A stretch of 63,067 nucleotides of DNA. Source: Vicinamibacterales bacterium. Lineage in GTDB: Bacteria; Acidobacteriota; Vicinamibacteria; Vicinamibacterales; CAVVIG01. Below, piece by piece: positions 18,166-26,342 of this stretch. Each line of letters begins with the position of its first letter. Positions within the stretch are counted from its first letter, which is position 1. Position numbers and translations under genes: made by a program. The notes under the pieces were generated by a model. The model did not search any database and had not been told where the DNA came from. It was given only the letters and a program-made list of their open reading frames with translations. The stretch covers positions 1 through 63,067 of the forward strand of contig DASXGC010000064.1 of NCBI GenBank assembly GCA_036489235.1, written 5' to 3'.

Positions 18166-18191
18166 CTCGACAGCTCAACGAAAACGACCGA

Positions 18192-19547
18192 CTACTGTTG
18201 CTCTTGCTGAGCGGGCGCCGTCGATGTAACGGTGGCGGCGCGACGCTTGTCCTGCTCGACCTTGAAGTCGTCGTCTTTCATGTAGACGATGTTGATCCAC
18301 GCGTGGGCCATTTCGTCCACGGTGCGGTCGCCCCAGCCCACCCACTGATTCGGATCGGGATTGCTCTTCTTCGCGGTGGTGTTGTCGTGCCACGCCGTGA
18401 CCTTCAGGATCGTCCCCTTCGGCAGCAGCGGCGCCACATCGTCGGCGTAGACGTAGGTGGTCATCCAGTTGAAGTTGAAGTCGCTGATCAGGCTCAGGAC
18501 CTGTTTCTGTCCGGTCGGCAGGATGGCTTCGATCATCATCGCCTTGCCGCGCAGATGCATGTGCGCCTGGACGCTCTCGATACGCGCGGCTTCGCGCAGG
18601 ACGGTGAACCCCTCGGCCAGCGACACGGTGTTCGGCCGGATGTCCATCGTGCCGAGCGCCGCCGGCACGAGCGACAGCGAGTCGCGGTACTTCGGCTCCT
18701 GCCCCTTCGGGTAGAAGTAAATGCCCATCTCGACCTTGCTGGTGATCTCCTCGCCAGCCTGCGAGTAGTGGATATCCCAGTGGAACTTGGAACCGGGCAA
18801 CAGCAGCTTGCCGACATCAGGACGCATCATCTCGCCCTGCTTGCCAACGGCCCACTCCATGAACGGCGCCGGCAGTCCGGGAACCCCTGGCGTGCCGGGC
18901 TCGGTCTGCTCGAGGTAGGCAATCGCGTGATGCGTAATCTTCCGGCCCTTCAGAGTTTCGGGACGGATTTCGATCGCGCGAACCCAGCGCGGTTCGGTGA
19001 TGCCGGTCGGCGTGACGCGTTTGTCCCAGACGTCCTGAGACACCGCCGGCATGGTGAAGTCGTACGACTTGATGATCAGGTCAGGTTCGGTCTGCCCGAA
19101 CTGCGCGGCGAAGTTCCAGCCCTGATCGCCGGGGAACTGCTTCGCCGGCGGCATGTCCTTCGGATCGCCCTGCGGCGCGCCGGCATCGACCCAGCGTTCG
19201 ATCAGCGCCACCTGCTCGTCGGTGAGCGAGCGGTCGTTCTTGAACTTCTGGATGCCGACGTTGCGATCGATCTGCCACGGCGGCATCTGGCGGTCGCCGA
19301 CGCGGGCCTTGATCGCCTTTGCCCACGGCCGCGAGTCGGCGTAGGTCATCAGGGACATCGGCGCCATCGAATCCGGCCGGTGACAGGCCTGGCACTTCTC
19401 CTGGAAGATCGGCGCGATGTCCTTGGTGAAGGTCGGAGCCTTCGCCGCGTCGGCGGCGGCGGCCGAGCCCGGGAACATCAGCGCAACACCCATCGCCAAC
19501 CCGCCGATTGCCACGTTCCGCGCGTGTCGAAGTGTCACTTCCATCAT
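18192..19547 (-). CDS. Exported c-type heme domain fused to a PHM/DBM-like copper monooxygenase domain
   Basis: Signal peptide and a single CQACH heme site. This is followed by the ordered motifs ITHHAIAY, FHWDIHY, AHMHLRGK and VDEMAHAW, matching the CuH (HH+H) and CuM (HxH+M) ligand pattern. Confidence 0.65.
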   Translation of the reverse strand: MMEVTLRHARNVAIGGLAMGVALMFPGSAAAADAAKAPTFTKDIAPIFQEKCQACHRPDSMAPMSLMTYADSRPWAKAIKARVGDRQMPPWQIDRNVGIQKFKNDRSLTDEQVALIERWVDAGAPQGDPKDMPPAKQFPGDQGWNFAAQFGQTEPDLIIKSYDFTMPAVSQDVWDKRVTPTGITEPRWVRAIEIRPETLKGRKITHHAIAYLEQTEPGTPGVPGLPAPFMEWAVGKQGEMMRPDVGKLLLPGSKFHWDIHYSQAGEEITSKVEMGIYFYPKGQEPKYRDSLSLVPAALGTMDIRPNTVSLAEGFTVLREAARIESVQAHMHLRGKAMMIEAILPTGQKQVLSLISDFNFNWMTTYVYADDVAPLLPKGTILKVTAWHDNTTAKKSNPDPNQWVGWGDRTVDEMAHAWINIVYMKDDDFKVEQDKRRAATVTSTAPAQQEQQ

Positions 19548-19584
19548 GTGTCGTGCTCCCTCTGTATGCACTGTAGCCGATCTG

Positions 19585-20466
19585 CTACTTAACGGTCACT
19601 TTCAGATACGTATTCGTCCAGCAGCACTGGAATCCGCCGCCACCCTCGCCCGACTCGTCATTAGCCTGGACCCGGAGCATGTAGTCGCCCGCAGCGGAGA
19701 AGGTCGCGTTGGCACTGACCATATCGCCCTGTTTCTGCACCGGGATGCGCGCCTTGTCAAAGGTCACTTTCCCCGGGCCCCGGAACAGGTGAAACGACAC
19801 GGTGGCGACCGACAACGAGCCGCGGCCGGTCGGGGCGGCGCCCTCGAGCGTCGGCTTCGGATCTTCTACCCAGACGCTGATCGGGACCGGTTGGTTCACC
19901 GTTCCGGTCAAGGTGGCGGCCACGCCGAGCGGCGGCCCGGTCACCTTTGCCCCGCCCTGAGAAAACGCCAGCACCGGCGGCTGATTGCCCATGCCCAGTT
20001 CTTTGTATGGGCTGATCGGATATCCCTTGTTCAACGTGAAGGGAATCGTCTGCGTCTCACCGTTGGCCACGATCGTCCAGGTAATCGTCTTGGTACCGAA
20101 ATCCTTCGGCACCTTGACGACGAAGACGCCCCACTGGCGGCCGATTTCAAAGTGGGTGGGCTGGCCCTGGTCGGGGCCGCCCGGGTCGACGTGGTTGTTG
20201 GGACCGACCGGGATGTCGAGGGTTTCCTTGGTGTTCCGGTTGTAGTACCCGAGCATCAGGCTGAAGCTGCCATCGGCGTTGGGGAACCAGCCCTCGTACG
20301 CCGGGGTGATGCTGTTGCCACGGTCGCGCATCGGATCGAGCGGGAGCGTGGTTTGCGGCGCCTGTGCGCTGCCAGCAATCGGCCACGCCGTCACCGCGAC
20401 GGCGATCAACGCCAGCGCTGCGGCCACTCTGTAGCGTCGGTAGAAGAGAGACATTGCAGTACTCAT
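19585..20466 (-). CDS. Exported hypothetical protein (293 aa), Ig-like C-terminal half with a vicinal Cys pair
   Basis: Signal peptide ..AVTAWPIAGSAQA. The C-terminus reads ..GDYMLRVQANDESGEGGGGFQCCWTNTYLKVTVK. Confidence 0.6.
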   Translation of the reverse strand: MSTAMSLFYRRYRVAAALALIAVAVTAWPIAGSAQAPQTTLPLDPMRDRGNSITPAYEGWFPNADGSFSLMLGYYNRNTKETLDIPVGPNNHVDPGGPDQGQPTHFEIGRQWGVFVVKVPKDFGTKTITWTIVANGETQTIPFTLNKGYPISPYKELGMGNQPPVLAFSQGGAKVTGPPLGVAATLTGTVNQPVPISVWVEDPKPTLEGAAPTGRGSLSVATVSFHLFRGPGKVTFDKARIPVQKQGDMVSANATFSAAGDYMLRVQANDESGEGGGGFQCCWTNTYLKVTVK

Positions 20467-20530
20467 TGTTAGGGGTGCTTACATTCTACCAGATCAGGTG
20501 ACATTTTTGTCCACCTCCCGGTTGCACCCC

Positions 20531-21646
20531 TTATCGGTCGGCGGAGGGCTTCGGTTTGACCGCGTTCGGCAGCGCCAGCCGGTTGTCGTGCGTCACGTAG
20601 CTGATTTGCAGGTTGTAGCCGTTCGGCGTGGTGGTGTGGTAGCTCTTGAATGCGGCGACGTGAATCTCGTCGCCAGTGGACGTGTCCACTTGCGCCTTGA
20701 GTCCGCGCTTCTCGAGTTCCGCCTTGACACCGTCGGTATCCCAGGGCTGGATGCCGAACGAGATGTGGTCGATCCGGCCCGCGCCGCCGCGCGCCGCGCC
20801 CTTGGCGAACGCCGGATCGAGCGGGTTCGGACCGCGCACGATGATGTCGCCGATCTCGCCGATCATCAGCTCGTTCTGGCTGCCCTCATCGTAGGTACCC
20901 TGCCAGCCGAGCAGGTTGCGGTAGAACGAGACGCTCTCCTTGTAGTTGCTCACGTTGAAGGAAAAGTGGTCGAGCCACACCGTCTTCCATCCGGTTGATG
21001 CGAACGGCGAGGGGGCGGACAGTGCCGCTTTCGCAGCCGCCGAACCGCGGCCTTTGGCGAGGCCCTCGCCGTTGCACAGCTGCAGATCGAACCCGTCCGG
21101 ATCCTTGACGTGAAAGCTTTCGAACGCGCCGCGGTGATCGGCCACCGGCGTCAGGCCGCGCTGACGTAGCCCGGCCTCGACTCGCGCGGCGTTCCACGGC
21201 GTGATGACGTAGGCGCACGACTCGACCCTGGCATGTACCGGCCCGCCGCGTCCGCCGCCACGTCCGCCCGCGCTCTCGAAGGACTCGGAGGGGACCTGCT
21301 TGAAGATCACGGTTCCCCACGTACCGATGTCAAGCACCGCCTGTGCGCTGTCGCTGCTGCGTGGCGTCCACCCCATCAGCGCAGCGTAGAACGCAGCCTC
21401 AGCCTGACAGTCGGCGACCTGAAACGTCACGTGATCCAGCGCGACCGTTTTCCAGCCGGTGGCCTCGAACACTTCCGGAATCGGCGACGTGTTGCAGGCC
21501 GGGATGCCGAAGGTGCGCATGCAGCGCCCCTGCGCCAGCGCCGGGACCTGCGCGCCCACCAGGGCCACGCCGAGCAGCTGTAGTAGCCCTCGGCGCGACA
21601 ATCCACCGGCGCGATCGACGGCATTCGACGAGTCGGCACTCTGCAT
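20531..21646 (-). CDS. Tat-exported tandem VOC (glyoxalase/extradiol-dioxygenase-fold) protein
   Basis: Twin-arginine signal LSRRGLLQLLG. There are two repeated modules, each starting GWKTV.LDH(V/F).F.V. Start at MQSADSS inside track ORF 20531..21865. Confidence 0.7.
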   Translation of the reverse strand: MQSADSSNAVDRAGGLSRRGLLQLLGVALVGAQVPALAQGRCMRTFGIPACNTSPIPEVFEATGWKTVALDHVTFQVADCQAEAAFYAALMGWTPRSSDSAQAVLDIGTWGTVIFKQVPSESFESAGGRGGGRGGPVHARVESCAYVITPWNAARVEAGLRQRGLTPVADHRGAFESFHVKDPDGFDLQLCNGEGLAKGRGSAAAKAALSAPSPFASTGWKTVWLDHFSFNVSNYKESVSFYRNLLGWQGTYDEGSQNELMIGEIGDIIVRGPNPLDPAFAKGAARGGAGRIDHISFGIQPWDTDGVKAELEKRGLKAQVDTSTGDEIHVAAFKSYHTTTPNGYNLQISYVTHDNRLALPNAVKPKPSADR

Positions 21647-21657
21647 GTTCGTACGCC

Positions 21658-23211
21658 TTACGCCTGCATCGCGCGTTCGTGAATGGTCTTGAGCGCCTGC
21701 CAGCCGGCCGACACCGCGCCTTCCTGCCAGTCCGGCTGCGAGTACGGAGTCGTGACCGCCGACCCGATGAGGACACGGTTGTCCAGCTTCGACAACTGCG
21801 CGCGTCGTGCCTGGGCGCTGCCGGAGGCATAGCCGCCGAGGTTGTACTTCACCTTTTTCCACCACACCGCGTACGCGCTCTCGAACTCGTCGCGGATCTG
21901 CGGGTGGACTTTGCTCGCGTTCATCAGGACGTGTTCGACCCGATCCTTCACCGGCTTGTCGATCAGATCGCCGACCGCATTGTTCACATAGAGTCCGAGC
22001 AGCACGCCCTTCTGGGTGAAGTAATCATTCGACGGGTACGAGAACTCGCCGATCGGCAGATTGGAGTAGAGATGGCCGCCGAAAATCTTGTCGTCCTCTT
22101 CCCAAAACCGGCGCTTCATGGCCAGACCCATCTTTGCGCTGTTGCTGTAAGTCGTCGCCTTGACGGCTTCCATCATCTCCGGCGAGAGATTGATATCCAC
22201 GTTCGCCAGGACCGTGAGCGGCATGCACACCACGACGAAGTCGGCGCTGACTTCGTTCTTCGTGCCGGACTTGGTGTCGAGGTACACGATCTTCACGCCT
22301 TGGGCGTCCTGATGAACCGACTGAACCTCGGCGTTGAACTTGATCTTGCCGTCGCCGATCTTCTTTTGGAACCCCTTGGGGAACTGATCCATGCCGCCGA
22401 CCGGCTGGAAGATCGGCATCGCCGCCGTGCCGTCCATCGCCGGCACCGAGCGCATCCGGCTCGCGTACCCGGATTTCAACAGCGTCGCCAGATCGTACGG
22501 ATCGCCCGGACCGCGGTTGGTGAACGCCTTGTAGGTGTGGCTCTTCGCGTCGAGGTAGCCCTCCGACACGAGGTAGGCCACAAATTTCTGTTTGTCTTCC
22601 GCCGTCATCGGCAGATTCAGTTCGTTCTGATCGATCGCCTTGGCGAGCAGTTCGTTGGTGTGGCCGATCATGTCGGCCTTCACTTCGCGCAGCCGAACGC
22701 GCTTGCCGGCCAACGGACCCGCGGTCGGTCCGTCGTAATAGAAGTAGCTCGCGTCGCTTTCGTTCACGAACAGCTGGACCGGCACGCCGAGTTCTTTGCA
22801 GTAGTTCAGCACGCCGGTGTGCGTGTACGGAATGCGCCACGGGCCGACGTTGACATACTGGCCCTCGTCGAACGTGCAGACCTGACGCTCGCCGCCAATC
22901 TCGGTATGCTCCGCGCCCTTGCGGACACTCCAGCAGAGACCACCGACACGATCCCGTGCCTCGAGCACCTGATAGTCGTAGCCCAGCTTGCCGAGCTCGT
23001 AGGCGACGACCATGCCGGAAACGCCGGCGCCGAGCACCACGATTTTCGACTTCGACTTTCCGCTGAGCGCGGGACGCTGGCCGGCCTGGCCCGCCATCAG
23101 ATCCCACGACGTCATCGCCGTCATGACCAGCGACGATCCGCCGACCACCCCCAACTGTTCAAGGAACCGACGACGGGTGACGGAGGAAATTTCGGTACGC
23201 GATCTCGGCAT
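21658..23211 (-). CDS. Tat-exported flavin-containing amine oxidase/L-amino-acid-oxidase-family protein
   Basis: Twin-arginine signal VTRRRFLEQLG. FAD fold KIVVLGAGVSGMVVAYEL..VLEARDRVGG. AGGAGA RBS. Confidence 0.8.
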   Translation of the reverse strand: MPRSRTEISSVTRRRFLEQLGVVGGSSLVMTAMTSWDLMAGQAGQRPALSGKSKSKIVVLGAGVSGMVVAYELGKLGYDYQVLEARDRVGGLCWSVRKGAEHTEIGGERQVCTFDEGQYVNVGPWRIPYTHTGVLNYCKELGVPVQLFVNESDASYFYYDGPTAGPLAGKRVRLREVKADMIGHTNELLAKAIDQNELNLPMTAEDKQKFVAYLVSEGYLDAKSHTYKAFTNRGPGDPYDLATLLKSGYASRMRSVPAMDGTAAMPIFQPVGGMDQFPKGFQKKIGDGKIKFNAEVQSVHQDAQGVKIVYLDTKSGTKNEVSADFVVVCMPLTVLANVDINLSPEMMEAVKATTYSNSAKMGLAMKRRFWEEDDKIFGGHLYSNLPIGEFSYPSNDYFTQKGVLLGLYVNNAVGDLIDKPVKDRVEHVLMNASKVHPQIRDEFESAYAVWWKKVKYNLGGYASGSAQARRAQLSKLDNRVLIGSAVTTPYSQPDWQEGAVSAGWQALKTIHERAMQA

Positions 23212-23301
23212 CGTCTCTCCTAGGAATGACAGGAAAATGTGGTGCTCAGAATACCGCCAGCACGCGGAATTCGGAAGCGGATCGTGACCGCCGGCCGCCC
23301 G

Positions 23302-23736
23302 CTAACGGCGGCGCGGACCGGCGCCCTGCGACGAAGCCGCGGACCGGACCGACGGCATCACCGGCGCGATCGTCCGCGAGCGAATCGACCGCGCCCCATA
23401 TCGGGAAGGGAAGGTCCAGCCGCCGCCGTAGAACGGATCGCCGCCGTATTGCTGCGAGAACGACAGCGGCTGAATCGGGATGAACGCCTCGGGAGGCCAT
23501 TCCCATGGGCCCGCCGTCGGGCGCCCGTCGCCGATGACGAACACGATCGGGCCCTCGGGATATTGCGGCGGCGCGCTGAACTGGCGCGCCGCCATGGCGG
23601 CCAGAATCTCTGGGGATGCGGTGCCGACCTCAGGCAAGGGCCGGCCGAGATCGGCGTTGGTGTAGACGTGCGACTGCGCCCGCGCCGATATCGGCGCCGC
23701 CAAGCAAAGCGTCAGCACGAACACCCTCGTCTTCAT
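23302..23736 (-). CDS. Exported Pro/Gly-rich hypothetical protein (144 aa)
   Basis: Signal peptide MKTRVFVLTLCLAAPISARA. It is co-directional with its neighbours. Confidence 0.5.
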   Translation of the reverse strand: MKTRVFVLTLCLAAPISARAQSHVYTNADLGRPLPEVGTASPEILAAMAARQFSAPPQYPEGPIVFVIGDGRPTAGPWEWPPEAFIPIQPLSFSQQYGGDPFYGGGWTFPSRYGARSIRSRTIAPVMPSVRSAASSQGAGPRRR

Positions 23737-23755
23737 GGCCGATCTCGACTCTATC

Positions 23756-24322
23756 TTATTTGCTCCAGGGTGGCACGATGTGGTTCATGCGCGCGTAGGC
23801 GATCAGCTGGCCAAGGTGTTCGTGCAGGTCGCCGCTGATATGAATCTGCGTCTCGCTGACCGTCATATCCGTGCCCATGACCTTGTGCTTGCCGGTCAAC
23901 GTGCCCGGATCGAGCGCCTGCATCTGTGACTTGGCGTAGGCAAACGCCTTTTTCAGGTGCGCGACGACTTCGGCCTTGTCACTGGTCGCGCGAATCTTCG
24001 CCATCTCCTCACGGCTGCCCAGAGCCATCGGTGGCGCGCCGAACGAATTGGGGATGAACGTGTAGCCTTCAAACGCCGCCAGCATCAGCACCTCGGAGAC
24101 CGACCGCACGCCTTCCATTGGCCGCCACTTGTACGTGTCCTGCGGAAACGCTTCGGCAAGCCCGACGAACTTTCCCTGCAGTTCGTCCAGGTCGGCGATG
24201 AAGCCGGCCTTGATCGCCGCGGCGGCGTCCTTCGGCGTGTCCTGCGCACGGGCGGGCACAGCCGACGCGGCGCAGACGATAGCGGATAACGAGAGCAGGC
24301 CGAGCGCACGACGCAACATCAT
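23756..24322 (-). CDS. DinB-family (four-helix-bundle, metal-binding) protein with a signal peptide
   Basis: AAGGAG lies 7 nt upstream of the ATG (MMLRRALG..). ..HISGDLHEHLGQLIAYAR.. is typical of the DinB superfamily. Confidence 0.7.
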   Translation of the reverse strand: MMLRRALGLLSLSAIVCAASAVPARAQDTPKDAAAAIKAGFIADLDELQGKFVGLAEAFPQDTYKWRPMEGVRSVSEVLMLAAFEGYTFIPNSFGAPPMALGSREEMAKIRATSDKAEVVAHLKKAFAYAKSQMQALDPGTLTGKHKVMGTDMTVSETQIHISGDLHEHLGQLIAYARMNHIVPPWSK

Positions 24323-24460
24323 CAATCGTCTCCTTTGGTCAGCCAGCAAGGCACCGGCTGAACGATCGGCTCATTCTAGCCGGAACGACACGATTGTGGC
24401 GGTCATTAAAACGGTTCATTCCACTTGCACTTCAGCCCGCGACCGCTAGGATCGCGGTCT

Positions 24461-26209
24461 ATGAAGACTGTCGTCTATCTCACCGCCATCATCCTCGCTG
24501 CCGCGGGCCTCGTCAGTGGTCAAGGCCGGACACCGTCCGGTCGCGGCTCAGCCGCCACAGCGTTCAAGGTGACCGAAACCAGCGTGGCCGAATTGCAAAA
24601 TGCGCTCGCCTCGAAGCGCACCACCTCCCACGAAATCGTCGCCCAGTATCTGATTCGTCTCGCGTTGTACGAGCACGTCGTGCACGCCGCGATTGCGATT
24701 AATCCGCACGCACTCGAACAGGCGGATGTGCTCGATCGTGAACGCGCCGCGGGTCGTCTCCGCGGACCGCTGCATGGCATTCCGGTCGCGCTGAAAGACA
24801 ACATCCACACCACCGACATGCCGACCACCGGCGGCGCACTTGCGTTCGCGGGCCTGATTCCGCCCTATCAAGCGACGCTGACCAGGAACCTGCTCGACGC
24901 CGGGGCGATCATCATCGCCAAGACCGGCCTGACCGAACTGGCCAACTGGGTCGCCGGTGCGCCGGACCCGATGCCCGGCAACTACAACGCGGTCGGCGGC
25001 TTCGGCTTCAACCCCTACGATCCGCGCCCCGATCCACGTCCGCAATTCTTCGACGGTCGTCCTGCACTGCAGACCGGTGGTTCGAGCTCGGGCATCGGCA
25101 CCGCGGCCAGCTTCTGGGCGGCCAACGTGGGCAGCGACACCGGCGGCTCGGTGATCAGCCCGTCGAACGCGAACATGCTGGTCGGCATCCGGCCGACGAT
25201 CGGACGCATCAGCCGTTACGGCGTCATCCCGATCACCGCCGACCACGACACCGCGGGACCGATGACACGCACGGTGACCGACGCGGCGATCATGCTCGGT
25301 GTGCTGGAAAGCCCGTCTCCGGATCCGAAGGACGCGGCGACGCGCACCTGCACACCGCCGCCCGGGCGCGACTACACGAAGTTCCTGAACGCCGACGGAT
25401 TGAAAGGCGCCCGCATCGGCATTCCTCGTGTGTTTTATTACAATCGCGCCACCCTGCCAGGCGACGAGGATTCGCATCCGTCGAGCGGCGCCGGCCGCGG
25501 CGGCCTGAACGCGGAGCAAGCCAGGTCGATGGCCGATGCCATCGCCGTGCTGAAAGCCCGCGGCGCCGTGGTCGTCGATCCGGCCGACGTGCCGAGCTTC
25601 GTCGCCAAAGACGAAGCCCACAATTTCCTGATGTTCGACTACTGTTCCGGCGCCGACCAGGCGCGCGGCAAGGACGAGCATTGTTCGGTGAACTTCAAGT
25701 ACGGGATGAAGCGCGATTTCAACGCCTGGCTGAAGAGTCTCGGTGCCGCCGCACCGGTGCCGTCGCTGACCGCGTTGCGCGAATGGAATCTCGCGCACGC
25801 GAAGGCCGGCGCGATCAAGTTCGGGCAATCGCGGCTCGACATTTCCGACGAGATGGATCTCGCCCGCGACCAGGCACGCAACGACGCCGACCACAAGAAG
25901 GACTGGCAACTCAGTCGCGCGGAGGGGATCGACGGCGCGCTCGCACCACAACATCTCGACGCGATCCTCACTCCCGGCGCCTCCGGCGCCGGACTCGCCG
26001 CTCGCGCCGGCTACCCGATCATCGTGGTCCCGTTCGGGATGGTCCCAAACGCCCCGAATCCGGCGTTTCCATCCGGCTTCAACGCGAAGCCCGCACCGTT
26101 CGGCGTCGGCTTTACCGGGACCTTGTGCAGCGAGCCGAAGCTGATTGAGATCGCGTACGCTTTCGAGCAGGCGACGAAAAAGCGCGTGCCGCCGCCATCG
26201 ACGCCGTAA
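24461..26209 (+). CDS. Exported amidase (amidase-signature family)
   Basis: Motifs GPLHGIPVALKDNI and GGSSSGIG, plus signal peptide MKTVVYLTAIILAAAGLVSG. Confidence 0.85.
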   Translation: MKTVVYLTAIILAAAGLVSGQGRTPSGRGSAATAFKVTETSVAELQNALASKRTTSHEIVAQYLIRLALYEHVVHAAIAINPHALEQADVLDRERAAGRLRGPLHGIPVALKDNIHTTDMPTTGGALAFAGLIPPYQATLTRNLLDAGAIIIAKTGLTELANWVAGAPDPMPGNYNAVGGFGFNPYDPRPDPRPQFFDGRPALQTGGSSSGIGTAASFWAANVGSDTGGSVISPSNANMLVGIRPTIGRISRYGVIPITADHDTAGPMTRTVTDAAIMLGVLESPSPDPKDAATRTCTPPPGRDYTKFLNADGLKGARIGIPRVFYYNRATLPGDEDSHPSSGAGRGGLNAEQARSMADAIAVLKARGAVVVDPADVPSFVAKDEAHNFLMFDYCSGADQARGKDEHCSVNFKYGMKRDFNAWLKSLGAAAPVPSLTALREWNLAHAKAGAIKFGQSRLDISDEMDLARDQARNDADHKKDWQLSRAEGIDGALAPQHLDAILTPGASGAGLAARAGYPIIVVPFGMVPNAPNPAFPSGFNAKPAPFGVGFTGTLCSEPKLIEIAYAFEQATKKRVPPPSTP

Positions 26210-26246
26210 CGGCCGGATGAGTCGGCACCGCGACGATTTCCGGGCA

Positions 26247-26265
26247 GGGCGGAGCATGCTCCGCC
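26247..26265. repeat. REP-like GC palindrome, copy 1 (GGCGGAGCA|TGCTCCGCC)
   Basis: A perfect 18-nt palindrome is read directly at 26248-26265. Confidence 0.8.
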
Positions 26266-26297
26266 GCTACGGCCCCACGACCCATCGGTCTCGCGTA

Positions 26298-26319
26298 GGG
26301 GCGGAGCTTGCTCCGCCCC
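26298..26319. repeat. REP-like GC palindrome, copy 2 (GGGGCGGAGC-tt-GCTCCGCCCC)
   Basis: A 10-bp inverted repeat is read directly. It shares its core with copy 1, and both copies are followed by CCACGAC. Confidence 0.8.
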
Positions 26320-26342
26320 ACGACGCATGAACCCGCGATAGG

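Noticed and set aside
15359-20472. Plus-strand ORFs 15359..16639, 18198..19592 and 19417..20472
   Set aside because: These are shadow ORFs opposite the phosphoesterase, the heme/copper monooxygenase and the 293-aa exported protein.
21343-26257. ORFs 21343..23223 (+, 626 aa), 22025..23107 (-) and 24548..26257 (-, 569 aa)
   Set aside because: They are antisense or out of frame relative to the amine oxidase and amidase genes, which carry GxGxxG and GGSSSG signatures. Their translations are Arg/Gly/Pro-rich.
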